Below the pieces are notes generated by a model. That model was not told the DNA's origin and did not search any database. It saw nothing but the letters and a program-made list of their open reading frames with translations. From Fidelibacterota bacterium (GTDB taxonomy: Bacteria > Fidelibacterota > Marinisomatia > Marinisomatales > TCS55), in NCBI GenBank assembly GCA_046861385.1, contig JBHHTW010000015.1:1-47551 (forward strand): a stretch of DNA of 47,551 nucleotides, written 5' to 3'. Of this stretch, positions 18,146-27,777 are shown one piece after another. A program made the translations under genes and the position numbers. Every line of letters begins with the position of its first letter. Within the stretch, counting starts at the first letter, position 1.

Positions 18146-19167
18146 GAATGAATTTCTGTGTCCGGATAAAATGCTGCTTGAGAAAACCAATAGGAGATAA
18201 ATGACTTGGCTGCAACAAGATCATCACTTGCTGCATTTATTGATCGTCCCAAAATATTATATTGATTTCCATTTGAGTCCATAAGAAAAATGGTACCGTT
18301 TTCCGGATCCCATTGTGAGATTGACAAGGTCGACGATGCTTCAAATGCCACTGCCAAATTATCATTTGCCGAAAGGATGATGGCGTAGGTTGCTCCATCG
18401 ATAGTTTCGTTTAAAATGGTTGGTTGATCAAATTGATCAATAGGATATGCTATTTGTATGTTGTCTGTAATGATGGATAGTACTCTTGTTTTGGCTGGCA
18501 GCCGAGTATCAACCGGAGGAACCGGAAAATATATATAATCTCCGCAACTTGAAGAATTGCATGATCGATATCCGCCGTAAGGATAAACATTATAATCCCG
18601 TGAATGTCCCGTTTGAGAATTGACTACTATCGAATTCGGAAATAATTTTTTCCAGGTAGACCATTTTGTTTCTATCATTGTTTTCAGAGCGAGTTCCTCC
18701 CCCTGACGCGAACCTTCAGCCGATGTTAACAACATCTGAGGCCAGTGGCTTTCGGTATCCCTGTCGTACATGATCAAATTGGTATTAAAGAGCATTCCGG
18801 AAACCCCAAATTCACCGGTGGTTTCGATATGAAGAGCGCTCCCGGTTAATGGACAGTAGGAAATGGTGTAACCACTTTCATTCACAATTTCGTGCCAATC
18901 TAATATAGCGTGAGGATAGGCAATATATTGACTACCATTCCAGAGGCCCACGACCAGGTCGTTATCATTCAGGAATTCCAGATGGTCTCCTTCCACATGG
19001 GATTTGTTTGGCTCTTGAAGACTGGGAATACAATCCTTTCCGCTTAAGCATCCATACCTGAGGTAATCCGTATCGATTGTCCAGTCTCGTTGTTTTATTT
19101 CAATTGGTTTTTCATCTTCACAGCTCAATAGAAATAGTATGGGTAATATTAAACCAAAATACTTCAT
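18142..19167 (-). CDS. DUF3179 domain lipoprotein (paralog 1)
   Basis: LLSC lipobox, KDCIPSL, AYPHAILDWHEIVN, SYCPLTGS and FGVSGMLFNTNLIMYDRDTESHWPQ. Confidence 0.82.
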   Translation of the reverse strand: MKYFGLILPILFLLSCEDEKPIEIKQRDWTIDTDYLRYGCLSGKDCIPSLQEPNKSHVEGDHLEFLNDNDLVVGLWNGSQYIAYPHAILDWHEIVNESGYTISYCPLTGSALHIETTGEFGVSGMLFNTNLIMYDRDTESHWPQMLLTSAEGSRQGEELALKTMIETKWSTWKKLFPNSIVVNSQTGHSRDYNVYPYGGYRSCNSSSCGDYIYFPVPPVDTRLPAKTRVLSIITDNIQIAYPIDQFDQPTILNETIDGATYAIILSANDNLAVAFEASSTLSISQWDPENGTIFLMDSNGNQYNILGRSINAASDDLVAAKSFISYWFSQAAFYPDTEIHS

Positions 19168-19177
19168 TTATTTCTCC

Positions 19178-19987
19178 TCATTTTAATAAAACAATTTTAT
19201 GAGTTTTCCGATAGAATGGCGTTGAAACGTCTAAGAAATATATACCTGAGGACAAGTCATTTCCTGAGTAGGTAAAATGATGAGATCCTGCAGGTAATGT
19301 TTTATTAAAAATAGATGATACAATTTTTCCGGATAAATCAATAATGTTGGCTTCCACAAATGTCTCTCTCTTGAGATTCAAGTTCCAAACCATTTGAATA
19401 TTAAATGGGTTAGGAAATGGTGGGAGTATCTCAAAAGATCTTAGTGGTGATTCTCCCTCAATAGCAACCGTTGGAATTTCATTCAATAAGGATTGAATCG
19501 TGAATGCAATTTCGGCTGCATCAAAACCAAAATCGTTGTATCGCACGGTCATGGTGTGATCCAGAATCACTTGTTGCGGAACATACCCGAGACCAAACCA
19601 ATTCCATATGGATGTTGTATCGTCATCCAAAATAGGTGTTGATAATCCTAAATCACCCCATTCCTGACAACTATAAGGATAATCCCACTGACGCCCGAGT
19701 GAAAGGAGAGTAAGACCCTGCTCATTAAATTGATTATTTAAATCAGATACCAATGGAATTTCATTTTGACAATTTGTGCACCAAGTGGTAAAAAAATTCA
19801 ACCAGATTATGTGATATTCCCCACCATTGATTTCACCATTATACTGAGACAATAATGTGTAGCCGGAATCGTTTGCACACGCTTTGATTTCAACGTATTG
19901 ATGATCCAGAGAAATCTTAGATCCAAGTTCATAAGATTGACTGAACATTATAGAAACAAACAGGGTAAGAAGGGTAAGAACTTTCAT
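19178..19987 (-). CDS. Exported TlpA/redoxin-like protein (WCTNC) with C-terminal sorting (T9SS type A-like) domain
   Basis: Signal peptide, NFFTTWCTNCQNE, YVPQQVILD, and C-terminal PFPNPFN...LSSGIYF...KIVLLK. Confidence 0.82.
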   Translation of the reverse strand: MKVLTLLTLFVSIMFSQSYELGSKISLDHQYVEIKACANDSGYTLLSQYNGEINGGEYHIIWLNFFTTWCTNCQNEIPLVSDLNNQFNEQGLTLLSLGRQWDYPYSCQEWGDLGLSTPILDDDTTSIWNWFGLGYVPQQVILDHTMTVRYNDFGFDAAEIAFTIQSLLNEIPTVAIEGESPLRSFEILPPFPNPFNIQMVWNLNLKRETFVEANIIDLSGKIVSSIFNKTLPAGSHHFTYSGNDLSSGIYFLDVSTPFYRKTHKIVLLK

Positions 19988-22020
19988 TTTATTAGTGTCA
20001 CTTTTTGGGTTATGATTGAATTGCCTTTTTGCAATCGAACTAAATACTGTCCGGAAGATAACGGTACACCATTATCATTCATTCCAGACCATGATACGTT
20101 ATGGTTTCCCGCTGAAAAATACCGGTTTGAGAAAATAGTCGCCACCACATTGCCCTTAAGACTGACGATGTCCAAGGAGATCATGGCTGATGGGTAGATA
20201 CTAAACTGCAATGTGGTGACTGGATTAAAAGGGTTTGGATAATTGGGTAAAAGTTTTATTGTTTCCGGAAGCAATAATTCCAAGTCTGTAGAGACATTAA
20301 CGTCTCTATCCAGCAGATTCTCGATTACATTAATCATTTCTCCCGGATCGTATTCAGTTTTCGCAAGCTGAACGATTCCATTTTTATCCACAATGAAATC
20401 CCTTGGGTATGGGGATTGTCCCCCGGGAATATTATATTGACTATATATCCCCGAAACATCCCGCAGCACCGGAAATGTAATTCCCTGGTCTGCTATAAAA
20501 TTCTCAATGACAGCTAACGGTTCGTTTGAAATACCGATCACTTGGACTCCTTCATCTCGATATTCTTGCCAAATGGAAACTTCTATGTCCGAAAACTCCG
20601 GAGCGCATACAGGTCACCATCCTGTGAAAAAGGCAATCACAGCCGGATTTCCGTTTAGATCATTCAGACTCAAGTTGTCTGTTCCATTTACAACAGGTAA
20701 TGTAAAATTCGGAGCATGATCTCCCGGCATGGGACCCATTGGAAAATTCCCAAGTAAACGTACACGTGTTTGATTTTCATCATGATCATTGGATAGAAAT
20801 TCAAGGTTTGCAATCCAGACATTTCCAGAGGGCGAATAATTTACGACCATGGATTGAGACGTTTTGGGCTGAAGTGTCAATTCGATAGGATTGTGAGAAA
20901 AATCAGCTGAGTTAATGTAAATCCCACTGATATTTAGTGGACTAAGTCCATTATTTTCTATTTGAATATGTGATATGGACGTAAATCCATTTTCCGTCCT
21001 GGGATATTCAATCTTGCGAGTACTTAAATCAATATCAGCTTGTTGAATCTCACCGTATTCAAACACAGACATTCGGAGCCATTCTGCAGAGTAAATAATT
21101 TTTCCCATCATGGCTAAAGCCATAACTCTACCTCCAGTACTTTTATAACCAGTCAGCTCCAGCTCTCCCTTTGAATACTCCAGCACTTCTACATCATCCC
21201 AATCAGAGACAGCAACTAAAGAATCATTGACCGAAATGCGTGAGGCATAACCTGTAGTATTGTAATTTGAAACAAAGAACGGATCCACCGGTTCACTCAC
21301 ATCAATCATATCCACACCGGCTGCGCCCACAGCAACAAAAAGGAAATCTCCTCTCTTTTCAACATCTTTAGCGGTACCGGTTGTTACAATTTCAGAAACC
21401 TGAAATGGGGATGAGGGATCGGTGATATCAAAAATTTTAATTCCAAAACCCCCATCAGCGATATAAAGAAAATGATTGTCTGCCGTTGTCGCCCAGGCAT
21501 TATCTGTTTCAATCGTGGAAATCGTTTGTGGAGATTCAGGATTTTCAATATTAAATATTTCTACCCCATTTTGATGACGCGAGGCCAATAATAAATTTTC
21601 ATAAACACTAGTATGTTCATATCGAATAATACTGCCGTCGTTGGAAGTGCCTACAATAGTACTTAGGTGAGTTGGATGAGAAACATCATTGATATTCACA
21701 ACGTGTATCCCGCATTTTCGACCGGATCCATACGCAACATAATCTTTTGCAGACCATGCGTAGATTCTCGCCCAATCGCATCCAAATGCAAAGTATTCAC
21801 CCAATACATTTAGAGCGGAAGGATTTGATATATCTACAAAATTAGTTCCTCCCAACCCCCCGGGTATGATTGCAATAGGTATTTCCTGAACAGTATGTAT
21901 ATACACATCTAACAATTCAATATTACTAATAGACTCCCTTGAACGAATCTGTAGGTTTTTACCGATTAAAATCCCACTGATCAGGAAAATCATTAAGAAT
22001 AATTTCATTCGTAATTGCAT
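19984..22020 (-). CDS. Probable selenoprotein: signal peptide, LVIVD repeats, Ig-like segment, redoxin (W-U-P-V-C) and FlgD/T9SS-like C-terminal domain; in-frame TGA at 20614-20616
   Basis: Reading through TGA gives AVIAFFTGW-U-PVCAPEFSDIEVSIWQEYRDEGVQVIGISNE, in frame with the 19984..20541 ORF. A SECIS-like hairpin follows. Start is 22020 or 22008. Confidence 0.8.
20584..20609 (-). promoter_or_regulatory. Bacterial SECIS-like hairpin immediately 3' of the in-frame UGA
   Basis: mRNA UGA CCUG UAUG CGC UCCGGA GUU UUCGGA CAUA. Lower stem UAUG/CAUA, upper stem UCCGGA/UUCGGA, apical loop beginning GU about 17-18 nt after the UGA. Confidence 0.7.
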
Positions 22021-22073
22021 AATAAATCCGTTATTTGACGGTAAAATGTTAAACGGAATCACTCGTATCAAAA

Positions 22074-22089
22074 CGTCATGGCGAAGACA
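22074..22089 (-). promoter_or_regulatory. Possible Crp/Fnr-family operator TGTCT-N6-TGACG upstream of the selenoprotein operon
   Basis: 8/10 match to TGTCA-N6-TGACA. TAACAT -10-like hexamer on the minus strand at 22051-22046. Confidence 0.45.
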
Positions 22090-22233
22090 AATAATGTAAA
22101 AAAAGAAAGTAACTAAACATCACAGGACTTGACCTAAAAATCAGACCTAGGAGAAGACTTAACTTTAGGGCTGGGAAATGAGCAACATCGTCACGCTCCA
22201 TCGTATTTTTTTGTCCCTGGACGTGAACGTTAG

Positions 22234-22260
22234 CCTGTCGGAATGCTTCGGTAGGCAAGG
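22234..22260. repeat. Degenerate CCTG...CAGG-family palindromic element
   Basis: Minus strand ccttgcctaccgaagcattccgacagg resembles the elements at 14482 and 14685. Confidence 0.45.
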
Positions 22261-22279
22261 ACTCTCCACTCCAATAAAG

Positions 22280-22353
22280 TAGCGGCGCAGGGACTTGAAC
22301 CCCGGACACTCGGATTATGATTCCGATGCTCTAACCAACTGAGCTACGCCGCC
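22280..22353 (-). tRNA. tRNA with CAT anticodon, probably elongator tRNA-Met
   Basis: GGCGGCGTAGCTCAGTTGGTTAGAGCATCGGAATCATAATCCGAGTGTCCGGGGTTCAAGTCCCTGCGCCGCTA folds as a cloverleaf. CCA is not encoded. Ile2 identity is not fully excluded. Confidence 0.93.
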
Positions 22354-22510
22354 AATTATACTACCAACAGCCTAATCCACCTTCCTGCGGTGGACATAGA
22401 TCCGTTTATAATATCAAATAACTTTGGAAATAAAGCCAGCAAAATTAGAATTCTCCTTGTGGAAAACAAAGGTAAAAGACGTGAAAATATTTATGGATAG
22501 ATGGTGTTAG

Positions 22511-23899
<1,389 letters not shown>

Positions 23900-24000
23900 C
23901 GGAAATCATCAGATATTATTTATCAGGAATCTCATCCTTAAGCAGGAAAATGCATTCCGAAAAACTGGTGACTTTAATAATTGAGTGATTAAGAGTAATG

Positions 24001-24033
24001 TGAAAAAAGGGTTGATTTTCAGCCCTTTTTTCA
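24001..24033. terminator. Bidirectional intrinsic terminator between convergent genes
   Basis: tgaaaaaagggttga-ttt-tcagcccttttttca, with an A tract and a T tract flanking the stem. Confidence 0.8.
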
Positions 24034-27024
24034 AATTCCGGATGCTTCCTCTTCATCCATAACTTCCGGTTCATCTGGAATGGGTTTCAACACATGACCT
24101 TCGCCATTTAAACCATTTATGATGATGTTCATGGGCCAATCAGTTCGAATCCATTTTGTATACTTTAATTCCTTAACTATTTCTAGGCTCTTTAGCCAAT
24201 GAAGATCGATCATATCAGTCATGGATTTATGATTGATAGTAAAATACCCCAATCTCATAGATGTGACATTTTGGAAAAAATGACTGCCAAATGATGGATC
24301 AACTGGAAATTCTGGTATTCCGACTTCCACAATGACTTTTGCCTGGCTTATTTGCTGCCACTTAATGGGGATTCCGAGCCATGGGTCAGCTGTACCCCAT
24401 CTTCCTGGCCCGATTAATATGTAAGAAATTTTTGATGGGAGTAACTGAGTTATTGTATCTATTTCTTTTGCAATCAATTGACTATTGGCAGGATCAAATT
24501 GCTCTGGATCAACAAAAATAATATCCTGTATATCACTAAAATGACCATTTCCGAGAGTCAGAGCACTTTTACAAAAAACATTTTCCTTTTTCGTCAAATC
24601 AATTTCATGAATCAATTCTTCATGAACACCAAGAACCATAGGTTTGATTTGCAGTATGCAAAATTCAGGTTTCCGGCCGTCCTTGAATAAATTAACAGCA
24701 AATTCCATTTCAACTTCGCACCCTAATGCACGTTTTCCCATTTGTAATAATTTATCTAGAATCGTATCTAATGGAAATAAACCAAATCTTAATATCGGAG
24801 CAAAAGTAATAACTCTGGTTCCTTTATGCTTTAAGGAATCTCTAACAATGTTGTCCTGAGATGACACAACGCTCGCCACCCAAGATAGAACATTGTCTTT
24901 TTCAGCAGTGGATAAATCGAATAAATCCAGATTATCAGTTTCACTATTTAATAAACGGTTGGGTTTCTTTATCATATTTAACGCATAAAATGAATTTTGA
25001 GAACTGGCTAAGGTTGCTTTAACAGAAAAATATTGTGGAAGAATTGCGGGATATTTTGGTGAAAATCGTAATGATTTTTCACCATCAGCTATGGTTCTTC
25101 CAAGTCCGAGAGCAACATACGCCACTCCTTCATCCCGCTCCATATAAGATACGGGGTAATAATTAAAACTTTGAGCTGTCCCACTAAATGTTGGATAAAA
25201 ACGATTCTCAAAATTTTGTCCCACCAATTCCATGATGATAACGGCCATTTTTTCCTCTTCAAGCGAATGAACAGATGAATCAATTAATGAAAGTGTATCT
25301 TTATAAAACATGGATGCATAAACGCGCTTTATGGCAATACATAATTGGTCTAAAACAACTTTCCTATTTTTATCATTGTTAGGAAGCATATAGGTTGCGT
25401 ACATACCAGCAAGAGGTTGGTATTGTGAATCTTCCAACAAACTCGAAGAACGGACGGCAATGGGGAATTTTAATTCTTTAATGATGGCTCGAAGAGACTT
25501 TTTTAATCCTTTTGATAAAGATGCTTTCTGAAAGAGTTTATTTACTTGTTTATCGTCCTTTGATTTCAATGCTTTATCATAGAGGTTATTTTCTTCGATA
25601 AAGTTTTCAAACTCTGTAGTAGCAATTATAAAGGCTTTCGGTACACGGATCAGGACATTAGGAAACGCTTCAACTAGGGATGGGTCGTCTATCAACGAGT
25701 TAATAAATGCGAGACCACGGGCTTTGCCTCCTAATGAACCTGGACATAATCTTACGAAATTTTTGGTTGGATCGAAATGCTTTGATGAGAATTCTATCAC
25801 GCGCGTTTGTTTTTTTGATTTTATCGATTCATCAATTAATGATACTAAAACGTCTCGATGATCTTCATACGAATCAAATTCTCGATAATTAATCGGTCGA
25901 ATTTTTGAAGCAAGAATAAATTCGCCTCTTGCTGCGAGCCAATTTGAAAAATGATTGCTGCCTGCATGATATTCGATAGATTTTTTTGGTATGGTTTTTA
26001 TTGCATTTTTTAGTCCTTCTAAATTTGTGACTCGATCAATAACTTTACCTGAGGGAGTTTTAAAAATGAAATCTCCAAATCCGAAATTATCAATGATAAA
26101 CTTCCGTAAATCCTGCATGAGTGTTTTGGACTTTTTATGAATGAAATTTACATGGAGTTCTTTAGCTAATTCAGCATTGAACTGATGAGTTGACTGGAGC
26201 AAAATAGGAATCGAAGGGTCTTTAGATCTTGCCCAACGTACGAAATCTTGTCCCGCATTTTTATCATGAATTCCACTTTTCGGGAAACGGATATCGGATA
26301 TTATGCCGAGAGTATTATTCTGATACTCGTTAAAATAATTTTGAGCCTGTTCATAGGTGGTTGCTAACAGAATTTTAGGACGAGCTCTCATGTGGAGAAT
26401 TCGTTCAGTATCATTCAAACTCTTGTCCATTAAATGTTTAGTGTTTCGTGTGATTTCCTTATAGATCAAGGGTAAAATCATGGAATAATACCTGGGTCTA
26501 TCTTCGATCAAAATAATGCAGCGAATATTTCCAATGGAAACATCACGTTTGATATTCATTTTATCTTCGATATGTTTTACAATAGCTAGAAATACATTTG
26601 CATTACCAGACCAGATAAAAATGTGGTCAATCGAAGTATCTATCAGATTCTCAGGTAGTTGTTTTAATTCAGATTCGTCAAAAGTCAACAGAACGATGGG
26701 AAGTGAATTGTTGGTCTGTTTTATTTTTGCGGCAATGGATAGGGGATCCATATCTGATATGCGCATCATAACTATTACTAAATCAATTTTAGTATGCTGG
26801 AGCATATCCATGGCTTGTGCAGCGGTATCCGTGCGCCAAATCCTGGGTGCGTAACTAAAGTTCATTCCTATATATTCAAGCAATATTTGTTCAGTCAGTC
26901 CGCCATCTTCCTCCATCACGAATGCATCGTAAGGACTTGCAATCAATAATATTTCGTGAACTCTATTTAAAATGAGGTCCTGAAACGTATATTTGTCTCC
27001 TTGAGTTGAAATAGTCGCATCCAT
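24031..27024 (-). CDS. Receiver-like domains plus PEP/pyruvate-binding (PPDK N-terminal ATP-grasp) domain protein
   Basis: GSLGGKARGLAF, AVRSSSLLEDS, ALGLGRT, EMEFA, IGPGRWG and SFGSHFFQN. N-terminal ILLIASPYDAF. Confidence 0.85.
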   Translation of the reverse strand: MDATISTQGDKYTFQDLILNRVHEILLIASPYDAFVMEEDGGLTEQILLEYIGMNFSYAPRIWRTDTAAQAMDMLQHTKIDLVIVMMRISDMDPLSIAAKIKQTNNSLPIVLLTFDESELKQLPENLIDTSIDHIFIWSGNANVFLAIVKHIEDKMNIKRDVSIGNIRCIILIEDRPRYYSMILPLIYKEITRNTKHLMDKSLNDTERILHMRARPKILLATTYEQAQNYFNEYQNNTLGIISDIRFPKSGIHDKNAGQDFVRWARSKDPSIPILLQSTHQFNAELAKELHVNFIHKKSKTLMQDLRKFIIDNFGFGDFIFKTPSGKVIDRVTNLEGLKNAIKTIPKKSIEYHAGSNHFSNWLAARGEFILASKIRPINYREFDSYEDHRDVLVSLIDESIKSKKQTRVIEFSSKHFDPTKNFVRLCPGSLGGKARGLAFINSLIDDPSLVEAFPNVLIRVPKAFIIATTEFENFIEENNLYDKALKSKDDKQVNKLFQKASLSKGLKKSLRAIIKELKFPIAVRSSSLLEDSQYQPLAGMYATYMLPNNDKNRKVVLDQLCIAIKRVYASMFYKDTLSLIDSSVHSLEEEKMAVIIMELVGQNFENRFYPTFSGTAQSFNYYPVSYMERDEGVAYVALGLGRTIADGEKSLRFSPKYPAILPQYFSVKATLASSQNSFYALNMIKKPNRLLNSETDNLDLFDLSTAEKDNVLSWVASVVSSQDNIVRDSLKHKGTRVITFAPILRFGLFPLDTILDKLLQMGKRALGCEVEMEFAVNLFKDGRKPEFCILQIKPMVLGVHEELIHEIDLTKKENVFCKSALTLGNGHFSDIQDIIFVDPEQFDPANSQLIAKEIDTITQLLPSKISYILIGPGRWGTADPWLGIPIKWQQISQAKVIVEVGIPEFPVDPSFGSHFFQNVTSMRLGYFTINHKSMTDMIDLHWLKSLEIVKELKYTKWIRTDWPMNIIINGLNGEGHVLKPIPDEPEVMDEEEASGI

Positions 27025-27095
27025 GAGGGTAAAATTAAGTTGAATAATGGTTATTACGCATGAAAATGATTAGAGAATACTGTAATTTCTCAGGG

Positions 27096-27770
27096 ATGAA
27101 ATTTATAAAAGACATATATTTTTTACTCTTGGATCATATTTATCCCAATACCTGTATTGCTTGTAAGCAATTTGTTGGATATAGGGAACAGTCAATTTGT
27201 TCTTCATGCTGGAATCGTTTTGAAGAAATCCCAAAACAAAATAAAGTGAATGAATTGGCAGTAAATGATGGAATTGATTCCGCTTTTTCAATGTGGAGTT
27301 TTAATCATGGATTCGATAATGTTATTCATACCTTGAAATATAGTGACATGGCTAAATTAGGGAACGAATTAGGAGCAAGATTAGGAAAAAATATTAGTAT
27401 TAAAGATTTTCAGTCCGTTGACACGATTACTGCCGTACCGCTTCATCGTGTAAAATATCGAGATAGAGGATACAATCAGGCAGAGTGGATCGCCAGAGGG
27501 TTAGCATCCATTTGGAAAATCCCATTTGATAAAACAATATTAAAACGAATCCGTTTTACCATTTCACAAACTACGTTGAATAAGGAAAAAAGACAGGCAA
27601 ATATGGCAAATGCATTTTCGGTTGAAAAAGATGTGACCCATAAATCCATATTAATAATTGATGATGTACTAACCACTGGATCCACGACATCTTCCTGCGC
27701 ACAGGTATTAAAAAAAGCCGGAGCCTGTCACGTTCATGTTTTAACTCTTTCAGCCCCATCAACTTCATAA
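27096..27770 (+). CDS. comF: ComF family phosphoribosyltransferase-domain protein
   Basis: CxxC...CxxC zinc ribbon, VPLH...RGYNQAE and IIDDVLTTGST motifs. Confidence 0.88.
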   Translation: MKFIKDIYFLLLDHIYPNTCIACKQFVGYREQSICSSCWNRFEEIPKQNKVNELAVNDGIDSAFSMWSFNHGFDNVIHTLKYSDMAKLGNELGARLGKNISIKDFQSVDTITAVPLHRVKYRDRGYNQAEWIARGLASIWKIPFDKTILKRIRFTISQTTLNKEKRQANMANAFSVEKDVTHKSILIIDDVLTTGSTTSSCAQVLKKAGACHVHVLTLSAPSTS

Positions 27771-27777
27771 AAATAAA

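Noticed and set aside
19984-22071. Two separate genes, or a nonsense pseudogene, at 20614..22071 and 19984..20541
   Set aside because: The TGA falls exactly on the catalytic position of a CxxC-type motif, the frame is otherwise intact and a SECIS-like hairpin follows. Recoding explains this better, although the Sec machinery is not visible in this window.
22100-22230. Possible structured ncRNA or riboswitch between tRNA-Met and the selenoprotein operon
   Set aside because: Only a weak hairpin (gagcaac...gctc) is visible and I recognise no family motif. An Rfam search would be needed.
22076-22309. 77-aa minus-strand ORF
   Set aside because: It starts inside tRNA-Met, crosses a repeat and has no recognisable motif.
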